Both the position numbers and the translations under genes were made by a program. The notes under the pieces were generated by a model. It searched no databases and was not told where the DNA came from. It saw only the letters and a program-made list of their open reading frames with translations. A DNA stretch of 64,000 bases, taken from the NCBI GenBank assembly GCA_053919585.1, contig CM132819.1. One strand, written 5' to 3'. This stretch comes from Euprymna scolopes (taxonomy: Eukaryota). Shown here in pieces: positions 50,085 through 62,454 of this stretch (positions within the stretch are counted from its first letter, which is position 1; every line of letters begins with the position of its first letter).

Positions 50085-50938
50085 AATTATGTTAATCATA
50101 ATTTACACTTTAAGAATAACGGATAATACCAATAAACATCAGTTATTTGAAGTGTAAGAAAAGGAAACCGTTTACCGCTAGGATGCTTTTCTTTGTTCAA
50201 GCTATGTGATGCATTAATCAATATGATAGAAAAAGTTATATAGAGATCAACTAAATATATTTCTCAAACAAAAAAGTCAACTGACATGAATTCTTATTTC
50301 TTAACTTAAAATGATTTAAGTGTGAACATAACGTTGAACCTAATGGCAGAATTACATATTAATTTATTTCTACTGTTTTATCGCCTTATTTACTGTTTAT
50401 TGTTCTTCATAAATATATAACAGGTTTGTATGAGTATGATTTAAAGCATTAACATGGCATGGGTCTGTGTGTACAATATAAAATTATCAGTCATACACAA
50501 TCTTATTTTGTATTATTTCTATTTGGGACCGCTATTCTAATTTGATTGATAATCTTACAAGATTTTAGTTACACAACCCTATTCCGACGATTATTTCGGT
50601 GAGAACACTTTTCAGAATTACGTAACTAACATCATTAATATTTATGTAAAAGATTCCGTAACTATATCTTCGTAATCTGATGATGTTGGTTACAAATTGA
50701 TGCTGTTTTAATTGTTTAGTGCACGTTTTCTTACGTTTTATTTATTTTTTTTATTTTTTTGTTCATGTGACCTGGTATTTTCGACTTAGAACCCGTTTCT
50801 AGATATTTTCGTTTCCACTTTTTACAAACAAAGAACTTAGTGAAATAAACTAAAGTTTAAAAAGTTTAGAAAATAATAGATTAAAACACTATTTAAAGGG
50901 CTGGAGCAAAAAATACAAATCATTAGTTTTGTACTTAC

Positions 50939-51007
50939 CGCGATCATAACCGATTTGTAAGGCTTTTGATGCTTGTATAATAAACGAGAATCATGTAAAA
51001 TCCTCAA
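50939..51007 (-). other. Candidate 69-nt internal exon
   Basis: Acceptor ttttctttcacatgtttgcAG, donor GTAAGT; phase-0 frame open (LRILHDSRLLYKHQKPYKSVMIA) while the other two frames stop. No homology recognised. Confidence 0.35.
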
Positions 51008-51863
51008 CTGCAAACATGTGAAAGAAAATGCAAGTAATTTATCACAAGTAAATACTGAAAGACAAATTAAAACTAAAACTGCACTACAAATTAATATTAC
51101 CTGCTAGCGAATTCTTATCATTAACCATCTCATAGTTTATCATAACAATTTTATTCTATTGATTAATGTAACTAATCATGCAATGTTCTTTCGCTCTTAA
51201 GGCATATTATTGTATGGTTTTGTGCAATGCGGGTGGTGGTCCGCGATCGTAGATTTGTTACTGCTCTTTTTGCGAACCTGTTTTATTGACAAGTAACAAA
51301 TTACTCAACGGAGATATCGTTTATCAATTTTATGTCCTTATAATATGTAATTATGAATATAATTTAAAGGTACAAAAAAGCTATTTTTGTTTACTAAATT
51401 CAATTTACTTTAACCATCAAATTACAACAATGTACATCTAGATAGCCTGTTGTTTTCGCGTCCCGTCTTTCTTATGTTAGTTGACCTAAAAATATGTCTG
51501 CTTGCTTTGAACACTTAAACGCGACAAAAGAAACAATATTATCGTTTATTATTTGCATGCTCAAGAATTATTATCTTATAGGATAGTCATTACCCTGGTT
51601 TGTTACGGTTAATGGAATTATATACAGGTTTAGCCTAAGTATGACTTTGCAATGTTTTAAAAACCGCTGGATAGTTTTGCTCACCTGTTTTTAGTTTGGT
51701 TAAACTTGGCTTTGAAAAGCGATTATTGAATAGAAAATATTAAAACTATAATAGTGTAATTAAATAATATATTTAGCATTCGGTACGGACCCGACGATGG
51801 AAGATCAGATAATTAATAAACGTGGATTTATAAGACCAAATAATCCAACCTTTATCGCACTTT

Positions 51864-52170
51864 GGGGCCCGTGGCGTAGTGGATAAGAGACGTTGAATTT
51901 CTACGGTTCCAGCTGAGATGTGTTTGAAGATAGAAGTTTTAATCCTACCCAAAGTCGGCCAGAAGCTTACTTCGCCAAAACGTGGTGAGACAACAAATAT
52001 GGATAGCAGTAATTGCTGAGAATACAGTTAGGAGATTCGGAGTTTCTATCCCGTCCTGGTTACCACCTGATGATGCCAGAGGAATAGTTGGCTGAAACCT
52101 CGTGAAACAAGAACTAAGAGAAGATGAGGATCATAGTCTGGAATAAATAAAAATGAATATATAATGATAT
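51864..52170 (+). mobile_element. tRNA-head element with two tandem Penelope-type hammerhead-like units
   Basis: GGGGCCCG-TGGCGTAGTGG A box (51872-82); B-box-like at about 51935 and 52040; cac-CTGATGA-t-gcca..tggc-t-GAAA-cctc-gtg at 52064-52104; a more degenerate unit at about 51955-51990. Confidence 0.65.
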
Positions 52171-53005
52171 ATAACTTAAGAGTATTCTATGTTGATTACG
52201 TTGATCGTGATTATAGTGTCAGCCGGTGTTTCCTGTTTGACAAACCATTAACAATTCAATTCAAATTATATATGGGCAGCAAGGAGTGAATACAGATATA
52301 CATATACAGTTTTAAATGTGCGCTCCGCTTATCTGGTGATCTACATATGGGGCTGTCTTTATTTCATTTACAGATGTTATTTTCACAACAACTTGAAGAT
52401 ATATCTCACAGTAAATGCGTGGTGTTAGACTAAGGTATTGATCTATTAAGCCGAAATACACCTCATTAGGCTATGTTTTAATCTTAGAAGTTATAGTTTA
52501 ATATATATTGCTATTGTTGGAGAATATTGATGGTGCTGCTCGGGCATTTTCATAGGCCATGGTGCACTTCATATAGAGTACTGGCTTTTTAAAACCGTAC
52601 CTGTGCGGAGGAGGTAAATAAATTGTCATGCAGGCACATCGCTGTCTTAATCGAAAAATGAACAAACATAAAAGCCGCTGTGTAGGTCAAACAGAGTTCA
52701 ACGTTGTGCAATTATATTAAATATCGTCTGTCGCCAAGGTAACGGATGAAATGTGGAGGATAAATACTAGTTACTTATTTAAAAAAAAAAATCCTGTTTG
52801 TGAATATTTACTCGCTATGACGATGTCTTTGACTGACCTTTCAACAATGAAGTCTATAATTCGTTTATAAATTACCTGGCCGGGTTTTGAGAATGGAAAC
52901 ATTATCGACAAAATTTGTCAAATTTTTTCACATAAATAACAGTTTTATTTTCTGTTATTCATTTCTTTCGAAAAAGTGCAAATACATTTTCTTTTTATTA
53001 TTTCA

Positions 53006-53075
<70 letters not shown>

Positions 53076-53226
53076 CCTGGAAAATCGTAGCGTGGATGAA
53101 ACGCGGAATATTCCGTGTTGCTTAATCGCCATATATATAGTATTGAGCACTGTTGAAGTAAATACTTAAAGTTTACGCAGAAATTTATATTTTCGTATAT
53201 TAATTTATGTGATTAAATGAAGTAGT

Positions 53227-53291
<65 letters not shown>

Positions 53292-53364
53292 TTGTGTATG
53301 TATGTCTGTGTGTGGGTTTCATAAGTTTCTGCATTTTTAGATGACGATTTGGTATTCGTATTGT

Positions 53365-53830
53365 TTGCATTCGTCCGGATACTGTTCTCATTTAAGTATC
53401 ATTTTCGCAACGTTTTCGTCGATGTAACCACCGACCTTCTTCAGGTGTACCTTGTCGAATATAACAGTGTTTCTGTCAAACTAGGAAATTTGGACGGAAT
53501 TTGGAACGGAACCTTTTATTTTCATCACAGGGGTAGCATGTTTATATGACTAGATAGATGTCTTAATTCGAAATTGGATTTTCTGGTCGACCACACTGAA
53601 AATTATAACTTTAGATTTCAGGAGACTTATTTTTACAATTGATTTTTCCAAGTACTCTAAGCACTAATTCTTTCAAATTTCGTCTACATTTTCGAGTCCG
53701 ACCGAAACATCCCCCTGTTTAACAGAACCATTTCAGAGTTCGACAAAATACGACAAGAATGTCGAAGGTTATACAACCAAAACGTTATGAAAATTACATT
53801 CAAGATGAGAACAGTAGTCCAAAACATCGA
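53365..53830. mobile_element. Penelope-like relic with inverted hammerhead-bearing ends
   Basis: Minus strand 53406-53448: cac-CTGAAGA-ag-gtcggtg(gtta)catcgac-GAAA-acgttgcg..atgagaacagta. A degenerate inverted copy lies at about 53755-53825 (gtcgaaggttatacaaccaaaacgttatg..gatgagaacagta). Confidence 0.6.
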
Positions 53831-54283
53831 ACTATCACGAAGAATGTGTCTTGTTTACAATAAACACTCTATTAAGAAAATAACGTCCATAGTCATTTGC
53901 ATTTCTAGAAGACCCGTAAAGATGCTAAGGTTGGAATCTTCATCTGTTTTTATCCTGAAAGACATTTCTATTCTCTGTACGTAAAGATTGATTTTATCTC
54001 GCTATAATATTATTATACCGCATTTCTTCAAATAAGTACATACTTATCTCCGTAATGAACTGTTAGAATATATATCCAGTTATTGACGTCTGTCTCTACA
54101 ACTCTCGTGGATGTTTATAATAGATTGTTATTCTATAGAGATCCTGAACTGAGAGCTAACGATATTTTTGTAAAATCCGTTGACAGTATAGAAAGTACAA
54201 TTTAATGGTTGCACGAAAACCAGGAAAATGTACTTCAGTTCGAGTTGAACATTCTATTAAAGATATACATCATATTAATTGTG

Positions 54284-54990
54284 AACAAGTGAAGCATGCG
54301 TGGACCCCGTGAATGCACAGTGAACGAGGCATAAAAAATGACTTAGTTCAGCACTTGCCCCTGTATTACTCCAGAAGTTCCCAGGGGACGTCAAATCCTA
54401 ATGAAAATTAACAAACAAGGCAGTTTTACGTTTATCATATGTAAATGTGAGTTCTGCACCATGCAAAGAAAAGAAATCCATCATTTGCCCCTCCCACAGA
54501 CACACACACATCTAGCCTTAAAAGTTTCCAAGGCCTTAACATATGCAAAACTACTTAATAGACATACACAGGAAATTCAGGTCAAATACGGTAAAATAGT
54601 GGAGTGTTTTATTAGCCCTAAAAGAGCCCCTGGTGCACACTCAAAAATTATCGCGAAGTAAAGGCCAGCGAAATTATCTAGAAATCAGTTTGTTACAACT
54701 TTTCAGGAGATTTCATGTAATCTAAGACATCAAATTTTTTTAATAGGCACAAGTGTCAATTTAAGCGATTTTAACCGGGAAGGCACCTCTAGGGGGTGAG
54801 GCACCGAAGTTTTCCTGGAAAATCCGTTTTGATATTTTCATTTATTTACTCACAGCATGTGTAATGCTTATGCAATTTTTCTTTTTTAATCCAAGATGTA
54901 ATTATTGAGAAAAGTGCGGACGGACGAATGGATTAATGGACAAGGGTGCATTTGCAGATCCACCCTCCTTTTGTCGGGGGACGAATAAAT
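54284..54990 (+). mobile_element. Helentron-associated non-autonomous element (HINE/DINE-1-like)
   Basis: Starts aacaag; imperfect subterminal inverted repeats 54298-54318 and 54946-54965; cggacggacg microsatellite; terminal ccctcc..ggggg hairpin followed by an A-rich end. Confidence 0.6.
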
Positions 54991-56713
54991 TTATGTTATT
55001 GTATGTTCATCAATTGCGCGATTCTTTTTTTAAATAGTAATAGAGGATGATGACGTACGTATGAAAACGAAATATCTCTTCTGTATTATACTGATCTTTC
55101 CTTGGATGTTATTTTCAAAAGATTATGGCGTATATAATAATCTAATGTCTTCCGGTGCATGTTGTCTAATTCGCAAAGCATTTTGTCGAACTCAAAAATC
55201 TGTACAGAATTCAAAACTCAATTTTTTATTAAAACCATCGGAGTTTATTTGCTCTCGTCTCGTTTATGATGAACTGATAGAAGTTTTACAGAATTGTTAA
55301 TTACTATGTGGCAGTTTGGCGTTACCTGGTTGTGCAATACACTTAAACATAATATTTTACTTCATGCAGGTCGCATATGTATTATTATAGAATCAATTTC
55401 TATTGATGATTATATATTACGGTGAGCTTATTCGCAAAAAAAATAAAAATAAAGAATAAAATAAATAATAACGACAATGTCGTTCATCAACTTTCGTTTG
55501 TGTATGTTTACAAGATCACAACAGCTGATATTTGAGCTTGAATATGAATTCTCTGGAAAACTTTCTTCTGATTAATGATTAGATTAAAAATATGAAAACA
55601 ACGAAATGATTAGCGTCAATTTTAAATGGTACTTGTTCTTTTATATCACATTGAGTTGATTAATAAGCAACGATTATAATAAAATGTTAAGGTACACCTG
55701 ACTTGAACAAGGGGTCATTCGATATGTAGTTGAATGCTTGACAACTATACCATATCTATATGTAATAAAACTGTTTTGTGGAGGACATGTGGTGCTGAAA
55801 TTTTCTTATCTCCTTTGGATAATGTGGCGTAATATATTCCTCGTTAAACTTATTCTAAGACAGCAAGGCTATTTTAAAGATCGGATTTTTTAAAATTGTT
55901 TTTCGGTAGTTGTCGGATAAATTGTTGTACAAAACATATCTTAGATCACTGTCAGACATAAATTGGTTTTGTGCGAAATAATCAAAAGATCAGCATATAC
56001 TTTAGGGAATTTATGATCAGTGAGAAAACTAAATTAGAAGTACGTGATGTTTAACAACTAGTGAAACCAATGATAAAAGTAATACAATGCTGATTCATAG
56101 AAATTTACCCATTTAATCATCTCGGGTCATTTGAGAAACAAAATAGTACACGTAATGTCAATAGTAATTTTTTGTAACAGCATGTTACAATTACAGAAGC
56201 GGCTATCTTTTTGCATCTATTGTAGTAAAATGAATCAGTAACTAAGGTAAACACAATTAATGCTGATATCTTAAGTGAAGATTAAGTAGAGTTGCCAAAC
56301 GCGGTATTACAAAAAAAAACGGATGTTATTTCGGTATTTGAATTTGTTACCATATTTTTCTGATGTGCCTTGCACTGAAAATGAAACACTGTTACCGTTC
56401 TGTGTTTTCGTTTCATAGAGTATTTTAATGTTATTAAAAAATCATAAATGATTTCGTGACAAAATTCAAATCGATCGCCGTAGAGATGAGTAACGCTTAT
56501 TTGTTTGTCATTCTTTCCTCTAATCCCTTTCGTGTATCTCTCTGTATACATCTATCTATCTTGATATATAAGAATAATATGTGTGTGCGTGTTATATATG
56601 TGCACATATATATGTGTGTGGGGGTGTCTGCGTGTGTCTGTGGTTATATATGATCGCGCACCACCGGTCATTTAGGGATACCACTGATCTTTTTAAATTA
56701 TAAGCAAGGTCAA

Positions 56714-56890
56714 GTTTTATTTTTTTATTACCGTTTTTTCCTGTTCAGTTACATATTTGTTTCAGCTACACGACCGGTTTTTTTTTTTCTGTAAATCTGA
56801 GGAGGCTACATAACGGTCAAAAAACGATCGTGTAACTGAAACAAAAATGTAACTGAACAGGAAAAAAAAAACGGTAATAAAAAATGAAAC
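56714..56890. repeat. Palindrome with arms of about 70 bp and a hammerhead-like relic in the spacer
   Basis: 56714-56783 is the reverse complement of 56819-56890; the spacer contains CTGAGGA-ggct..ggtc-AAAA. Confidence 0.85.
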
Positions 56891-57669
56891 ACATATTTGC
56901 TCTACAAGAGTATTGATCACTTTCTTCAGGTTTTTACTANNNNNNNNNNNNNNNNNNNNNNNNNNNNNNNNNNNNNNNNNNNNNNNNNNNNNNNNNNNNN
57001 NNNNNNNNNNNNNNNNNNNNNNNNNNNNNNNNNNNNNNNNNNNNNNNNNNNNNNNNNNNNNNNNNNNNNNNNNNNNNNGACAAATATATAATTGTGTATA
57101 TACATTTATTTTTCCATTTGAACCGAGAATATTTTTACAGACTGTAGGAGTTGTGGAAGCCTGTTATGCTTGCATATATACATCTTGTCTCCACTCTCAT
57201 CATTCTCCACGTTCGTTCTGTTGTAGTACCCCCTAAAAGCCTAACACATGCATTTTATATACCGTTATCACATTTCACATGTTTGTAATTTTATTTTGCC
57301 ACTCTTTTAATATATTTCTTAAGTATTCTTTTTTTAACGAACCATATAGTCACTATAATTAGTGTCAATCTTTCTTCATTATTATTAAAGTTATTAATGT
57401 TACGATTTATTTTGAATTAAAACGTTTATTATTGCTATTATGGTGATTACTATATTATTATAATTGCTACCACAGTTGTACTTCATTTTCCCTACATATA
57501 CCCTCATTTCCAACCATATCGTTTGCTTTTACCAAACCATATTTCATGTGTACTTCCTATCTCGTTACTACATAGCATCATTTTTACACTAATAAACTTC
57601 CCGTCTAAAATATTTATTTCCATTTTCTGTTTTACTTAACGATTTTTGTGAGTGTATCTACCTTTTTTA

Positions 57670-57719
<50 letters not shown>

Positions 57720-58338
57720 TTTCAATAAATTATACTCGTTATTTTACTTGAATAGCATATATTAATAAACTCTTTTCAGGCACTAATTTATAATTTTATT
57801 AATTAACTCCCATAGTATACAATACTTACTCGTAAAAATATCATCCATTATGCTACAGCCGAATTCTGTAAAAATCCCATATTTACATTTAGAGAATTTG
57901 CTTATAATTTATAACTTTGCATCCATCTTATATATAACACCTGCCTGCGACCACAACTATGATTATTGTCCGACGTCGAAAACATATTGTTTCCTAGCAC
58001 ATCTACTCTTCTGAAGCAATAGATTTAGAAACGCATAGCACATAATCCTTGCACACTTTATTGTATATCCCTGATTTTAAATTGATCAATACATTTCAAT
58101 TTNNNNNNNNNNNNNNNNNNNNNNNNNNNNNNNNNNNNNNNNNNNNNNNNNNNNNNNNNNNNNNNNNNNNNNNNNNNNNNNNNNNNNNNNNNNNNNNNNN
58201 NNNNNNNNNNNNNNNNNNNNNNNNNNNNNNNNNNNNNNNNNNNNNNNNNNNNNNNNNNNNNNNNNNNNNNNNNNNNNNNNNTTCCAGAAAAAAAAAAGGT
58301 TAATTCAATCATATATCGGTTTCTTTTTTTTGGCGTCA

Positions 58339-58409
<71 letters not shown>

Positions 58410-58474
58410 TATATATTTGTCTGGGTAAACGGCCAACTAGCACCGTGCATATTTGTGTCTGTGTATATGTATAT

Positions 58475-58790
58475 TGGGGTGGAGAAGGCTCCCGTAAGTC
58501 GTAGTGAAGGCAACTTTTCTAGGAGAAGAAAATCTCTGATTAAAAAAAAAACATAAATCGAAAGACCAGTACCCGCATTAAGCTGGTCTGCAGTTTAATT
58601 TGTTACTGACTATCTTGCTCTTGCTTGTTGCCGGATCTCAACATTTTGAACCGAGAGGGAGAGAGACTTAGCTGTCGTACAAAGCTAAGACTCTGTAACA
58701 TCATTTTTGTATAGATACTCCCTCAGGTATTTGGGCTCATGGATGTTAAATGTCTGAGGGAGTGGCACCCGTCGTACTAGACGTTGCAAT
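58475..58790 (+). repeat. Interspersed structured repeat, copy 2 (inverted relative to the 1.5 kb copy)
   Basis: Matches 1497-1775 and 920-950; stems agaccag/ctggtct, ttagct/agctaa, actccctcag/ctgagggagt. Confidence 0.75.
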
Positions 58791-59718
58791 NNNNNNNNNN
58801 NNNNNNNNNNNNNNNNNNNNNNNNNNNNNNNNNNNNNNNNNNNNNNNNNNNNNNNNNNNNNNNNNNNNNNNNNNNNNNNNNNNNNNNNNNNNNNNNNNNN
58901 NNNNNNNNNNNNNNNNNNNNNNNNNNNNNNNNNNNNNNNNNNNNNNNNNNNNNNNNNNNGATATGTATATATACAGAGTGCCCACAAAGTCTGGCTGCAT
59001 AATCTAGCNNNNNNNNNNNNNNNNNNNNNNNNNNNNNNNNNNNNNNNNNNNNNNNNNNNNNNNNNNNNNNNNNNNNNNNNNNNNNNNNNNNNNNNNNNNN
59101 NNNNNNNNNNNNNNNNNNNNNNNNNNNNNNNNNNNNNNNNNNNNNNNNNNNNNNNNNNNNNNNNNNNAAGAGATTAGCATATAGATTAAAGAGTAATCAT
59201 TTGCACCCATATATTTGCAATGAAATTGTCATTGTTTTATCAAAACCACTGCTTACAAAAAAGATCAGATAAATGTTGCCAACATCCATAGTTAAATAAT
59301 GATGTAGTGTAAAGCATTAGTAAAAATGAACGTTTATATCGGTATTACATCTCGATAGTAACATAATCAAAATTACATATCGATATTTGAGTAGATATCT
59401 GTTTATACTGAATAGCTAAATATGTACACACGCCAAACGCAGATAAGTTACGAGAGATGAAAATGTCCGAATCAAGACAACGACGACGCAGTTGCTGTCA
59501 TCCTTAAGTGTTTGGTAACAAATTTTTTGAGTAGCGGAATACATGACATTTATATACCTTTTGTGGCATATACATATAATTATCTTGTGTTTGTGACAGG
59601 AACAGCTTTTTAGAATAATCACTACATTGCAACGCAGCATTTATATCGCATTGCACGTACAGCAAGAAGAAAGCTGACTGAGAACTAGCTGTAGTATGTC
59701 AGCGGCTTAGATAAAAAC

Positions 59719-59750
<32 letters not shown>

Positions 59751-59759
59751 CATACATAC

Positions 59760-59798
<39 letters not shown>

Positions 59799-60229
59799 GC
59801 GTGCGTGTATATGTTGGCATGTGCCTCTGTTGGTATGACCAAAATGTTTATTTGTTTTTCTACAGACAGTTTAAGTGGATATCATGTTTAGAAATGTAAC
59901 CTATTTAATGCAATCTAATTTCAACATTTGATTCGAAAATCTTTACAATATCTTCGATTTGTCTACTTTTTAAATGAACATTTGGCTTTATTATGGATTT
60001 AACTTGTTTCTGTATATTTTCTTTGTCCTACTATTGCAAGGGTCATCTTTAACTGAAGATAATATGATTATTTTAGAGCAAAACCTATACCACAAATCTA
60101 AAATAGAATAGGGAATGACTGAGAATATATACACAATAAAATGAAAGGTTAATGTTGGGGACTATGGTATTGTGTCCAAAGAAAATGTACCCATTCATTC
60201 GTAGGCATTAATGCAGTCGACATCACAAT

Positions 60230-60880
60230 CTTTGCCGAAAACCACAAGGCCAGCAATGACCGAGATCTTTCTTATTCTTTCGTTTCTGACTGAAAACGTG
60301 GTAGAATGGGGGAAAATATTGCTGATTCATTTTAATTCCTGGAAAACCAAGCGTCATTCATTTCATCATAATCGGTCTCGTGCCAATCATACTCCAATTA
60401 GAATAAATGACCCTTATCCTGGGCAAGATCTATTTTTTAACAATCTTCTAGGACTTGCCTTCACTTCTGACTTGATATGGAACACATCTATCAAATCTGT
60501 TGCCAAAATCCCTGGAGAAATGGTTGGATCACTTTACCGCTCCAGCAAGTTGTCACTGCCGATGATTTCCTCTCTGTGTATTAAAGTCAGGTACGCCCCA
60601 AATTGAATACTGTTGTCCCATCTAGGAGGGAGCTGCTCAACGCGCACTATTCAGCCTTGATAGAGTTCAAAACAGGCTTTGAAATCTTATGACTGTCCCT
60701 CTTCCATGCAATCTCTTTTTCACAGCTAAGACTTTGCGAGCCTGTTTCTGCTCTGTTTTTTTTTTCATGGCAACTGCTAGATTGACCTCGAATCTATGGT
60801 TACATCTTGCTACACATTTACAAAAATTACTCTACTAGCTACAACAACTATAAATACTTCCCATATACTCTACCTGTGCA
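60230..60880 (+). mobile_element. CR1/L2-group ORF2 C-terminal fragment
   Basis: NVVEWGK..FNSWKTK..LLGLAFTSDLIWNTSIKSVAK..MVGSLYRSSK; EYCCPI*.GAA..LDRVQNRL. Confidence 0.9.
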
Positions 60881-62454
60881 TGAAAGCTTCAAATCCTGCG
60901 GGTTGTTTTTGTTATTTTTTTTTATTTTTTGTTATTTTTTGTTTTTTGCATAGTTCTTCTTTTTGCTCAGAGGAAAAAAATTTATCTCAACATTAGAAGC
61001 ATGCTTAGAATTATGTAGTATAGGAGGGTATCAAGGCCTCGTAGTTTGCAGAACAAATTCATAGTTCTAAATAGATTTTAGCGATGTTTAGCCAGGCCCA
61101 GTTAGACGAAGAATATTTTACCGAAATAAAAATGTACATTCGATAATCAACAAACGACCAACCTACCACACGCCATAAGATGTAAGTTACACACGTAAAA
61201 GTGCATCGTGCTTACTGTATGAATTTCCCATCAAATAAGTTACGCTAATATGCAAACATATTCGTGCATTTCTTTTAAATATAAGTAAATGCATACGCCG
61301 TCAGTTTATACTTTATTTTTATTTACACAAAATCTTTTTTCCACAAAAACATCCTGAGACGTTTTAAACTTTTACGTTTTACTACCGCTTCATCTACATT
61401 GTCTTAAAACTCTTTCGAAAAATTAAATTACATTTTGTATTGTTAAAATATCGTCCATTTTTTTTAAGAACTGATCTGTACATCTCAAAATGATTTTTTA
61501 TATAAAGATGTTATTCTTATCAAAATTTCAAAGTGTATATTTCATAATTATCCCATAATAACACACATCATTTCAATTCCACTACATTAATCAGATCAGG
61601 GTAGGAGTTGACGAGACCTTCCTCAGCAGTGGTAGTTAAAGTGCCATCCTAACGTAGATATTAACAAACAATATTAATTACATTTTCTCTCTGACGATTG
61701 ACCAAAAAGTACATGTGTAGTTTATTAACCTACTGAGAGACGGGTATAACAGCTAGAATACATTATTTGCTTACATAATGCTATTAAAGTCCAATCACCT
61801 CTTCTTGAAATGCCTTGTGCTGATGGGTTCAAAGGCACGTGTTATCGAACGATCTCATTCAAATTAAGTGAGGCGTGTTTCCTAATGCCTTTGCTCCTAC
61901 GCATTCAACTAAATAATTATACCCCGAACACATTATTTCCTGGTCTATTCAAATACATTCAATTCCAGTGAAGAGCAGTGCTTGATAACATTTGTCGAAA
62001 AGAATATCACTCTACATCGATTTAGGAAAAGGGAGGGTTAGTGGCGCTTTTTCATTGATTTTTCTCTACATCAACTTTTCAATTACATATGTAAGGGTGA
62101 AGAGTGACACGTGAATGGCGACAAGCAATTACAAATGCACAAGAGATTTCGCGACGGACACACGCTTATAGTTTTGTGATGAGGGCCGTATTTATATAAC
62201 ACTAAAGGAAAGACCTGCCCCTTCCTATGTTTAAAATATGCTGACTTACTTTGTTTACACGTATGCAGTTCACAAGCTTATAATTCTAGCTGTCCCTACC
62301 ACTTGACTGATAGTCTTTACTTTTCTTTGCATTTCAAGTTTTAAAACGATGCTGCCTGTGTCTGTTCTTAATCTTTAAGAAATGCCTTCTATCTTAAAGA
62401 ATTAAGTTGCTATAGTAAAAATGTATGAAAACGTATATTTTAATAGCAAAATCA

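Larger units (their letters stand above)
755..59167. other. 14 short N-runs (assembly gaps or masking), about 130-210 nt each
   Basis: N tracts at about 755-899, 1210-1395, 2227-2356, 17436-17643, 21237-21437, 29134-29276, 30091-30241, 37044-37172, 43614-43813, 43924-44068, 56940-57078, 58103-58281, 58791-58959 and 59009-59167; many abut repeats. Confidence 0.95.
997..59797. repeat. Dispersed simple repeats: many (TA)n tracts plus (CA)n, (CATA)n, (CT)n/(GA)n, (TTA)n/(TAA)n
   Basis: Directly visible, e.g. (TA)n 1975-2031, 3837-3890, 5631-5680, 6685-6748, 10479-10526, 35891-35950, 41638-41688, 53008-53073, 58343-58407; (CATA)n 3215-3283, 59722-59761; (CT)n 5114-5162; (GA)n 32232-32277; (TTA)n 27496-27553, 57673-57719; (TAA)n 45279-45330. 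Confidence 0.98.

Noticed and set aside
48063-59008. Lone TIR-like starts (tacacacgcggcaaaagg at 48064, tacagagtgcccacaaagt at 58972) and a Helitron-like 3' hairpin at about 45155-45190
   Set aside because: No partner end found; insufficient to define elements.
671-59210. Numerous 60-190 aa ORFs rich in IY/YI, SL, ER, HT or X
   Set aside because: Translations of microsatellites or N-runs with no domain content.
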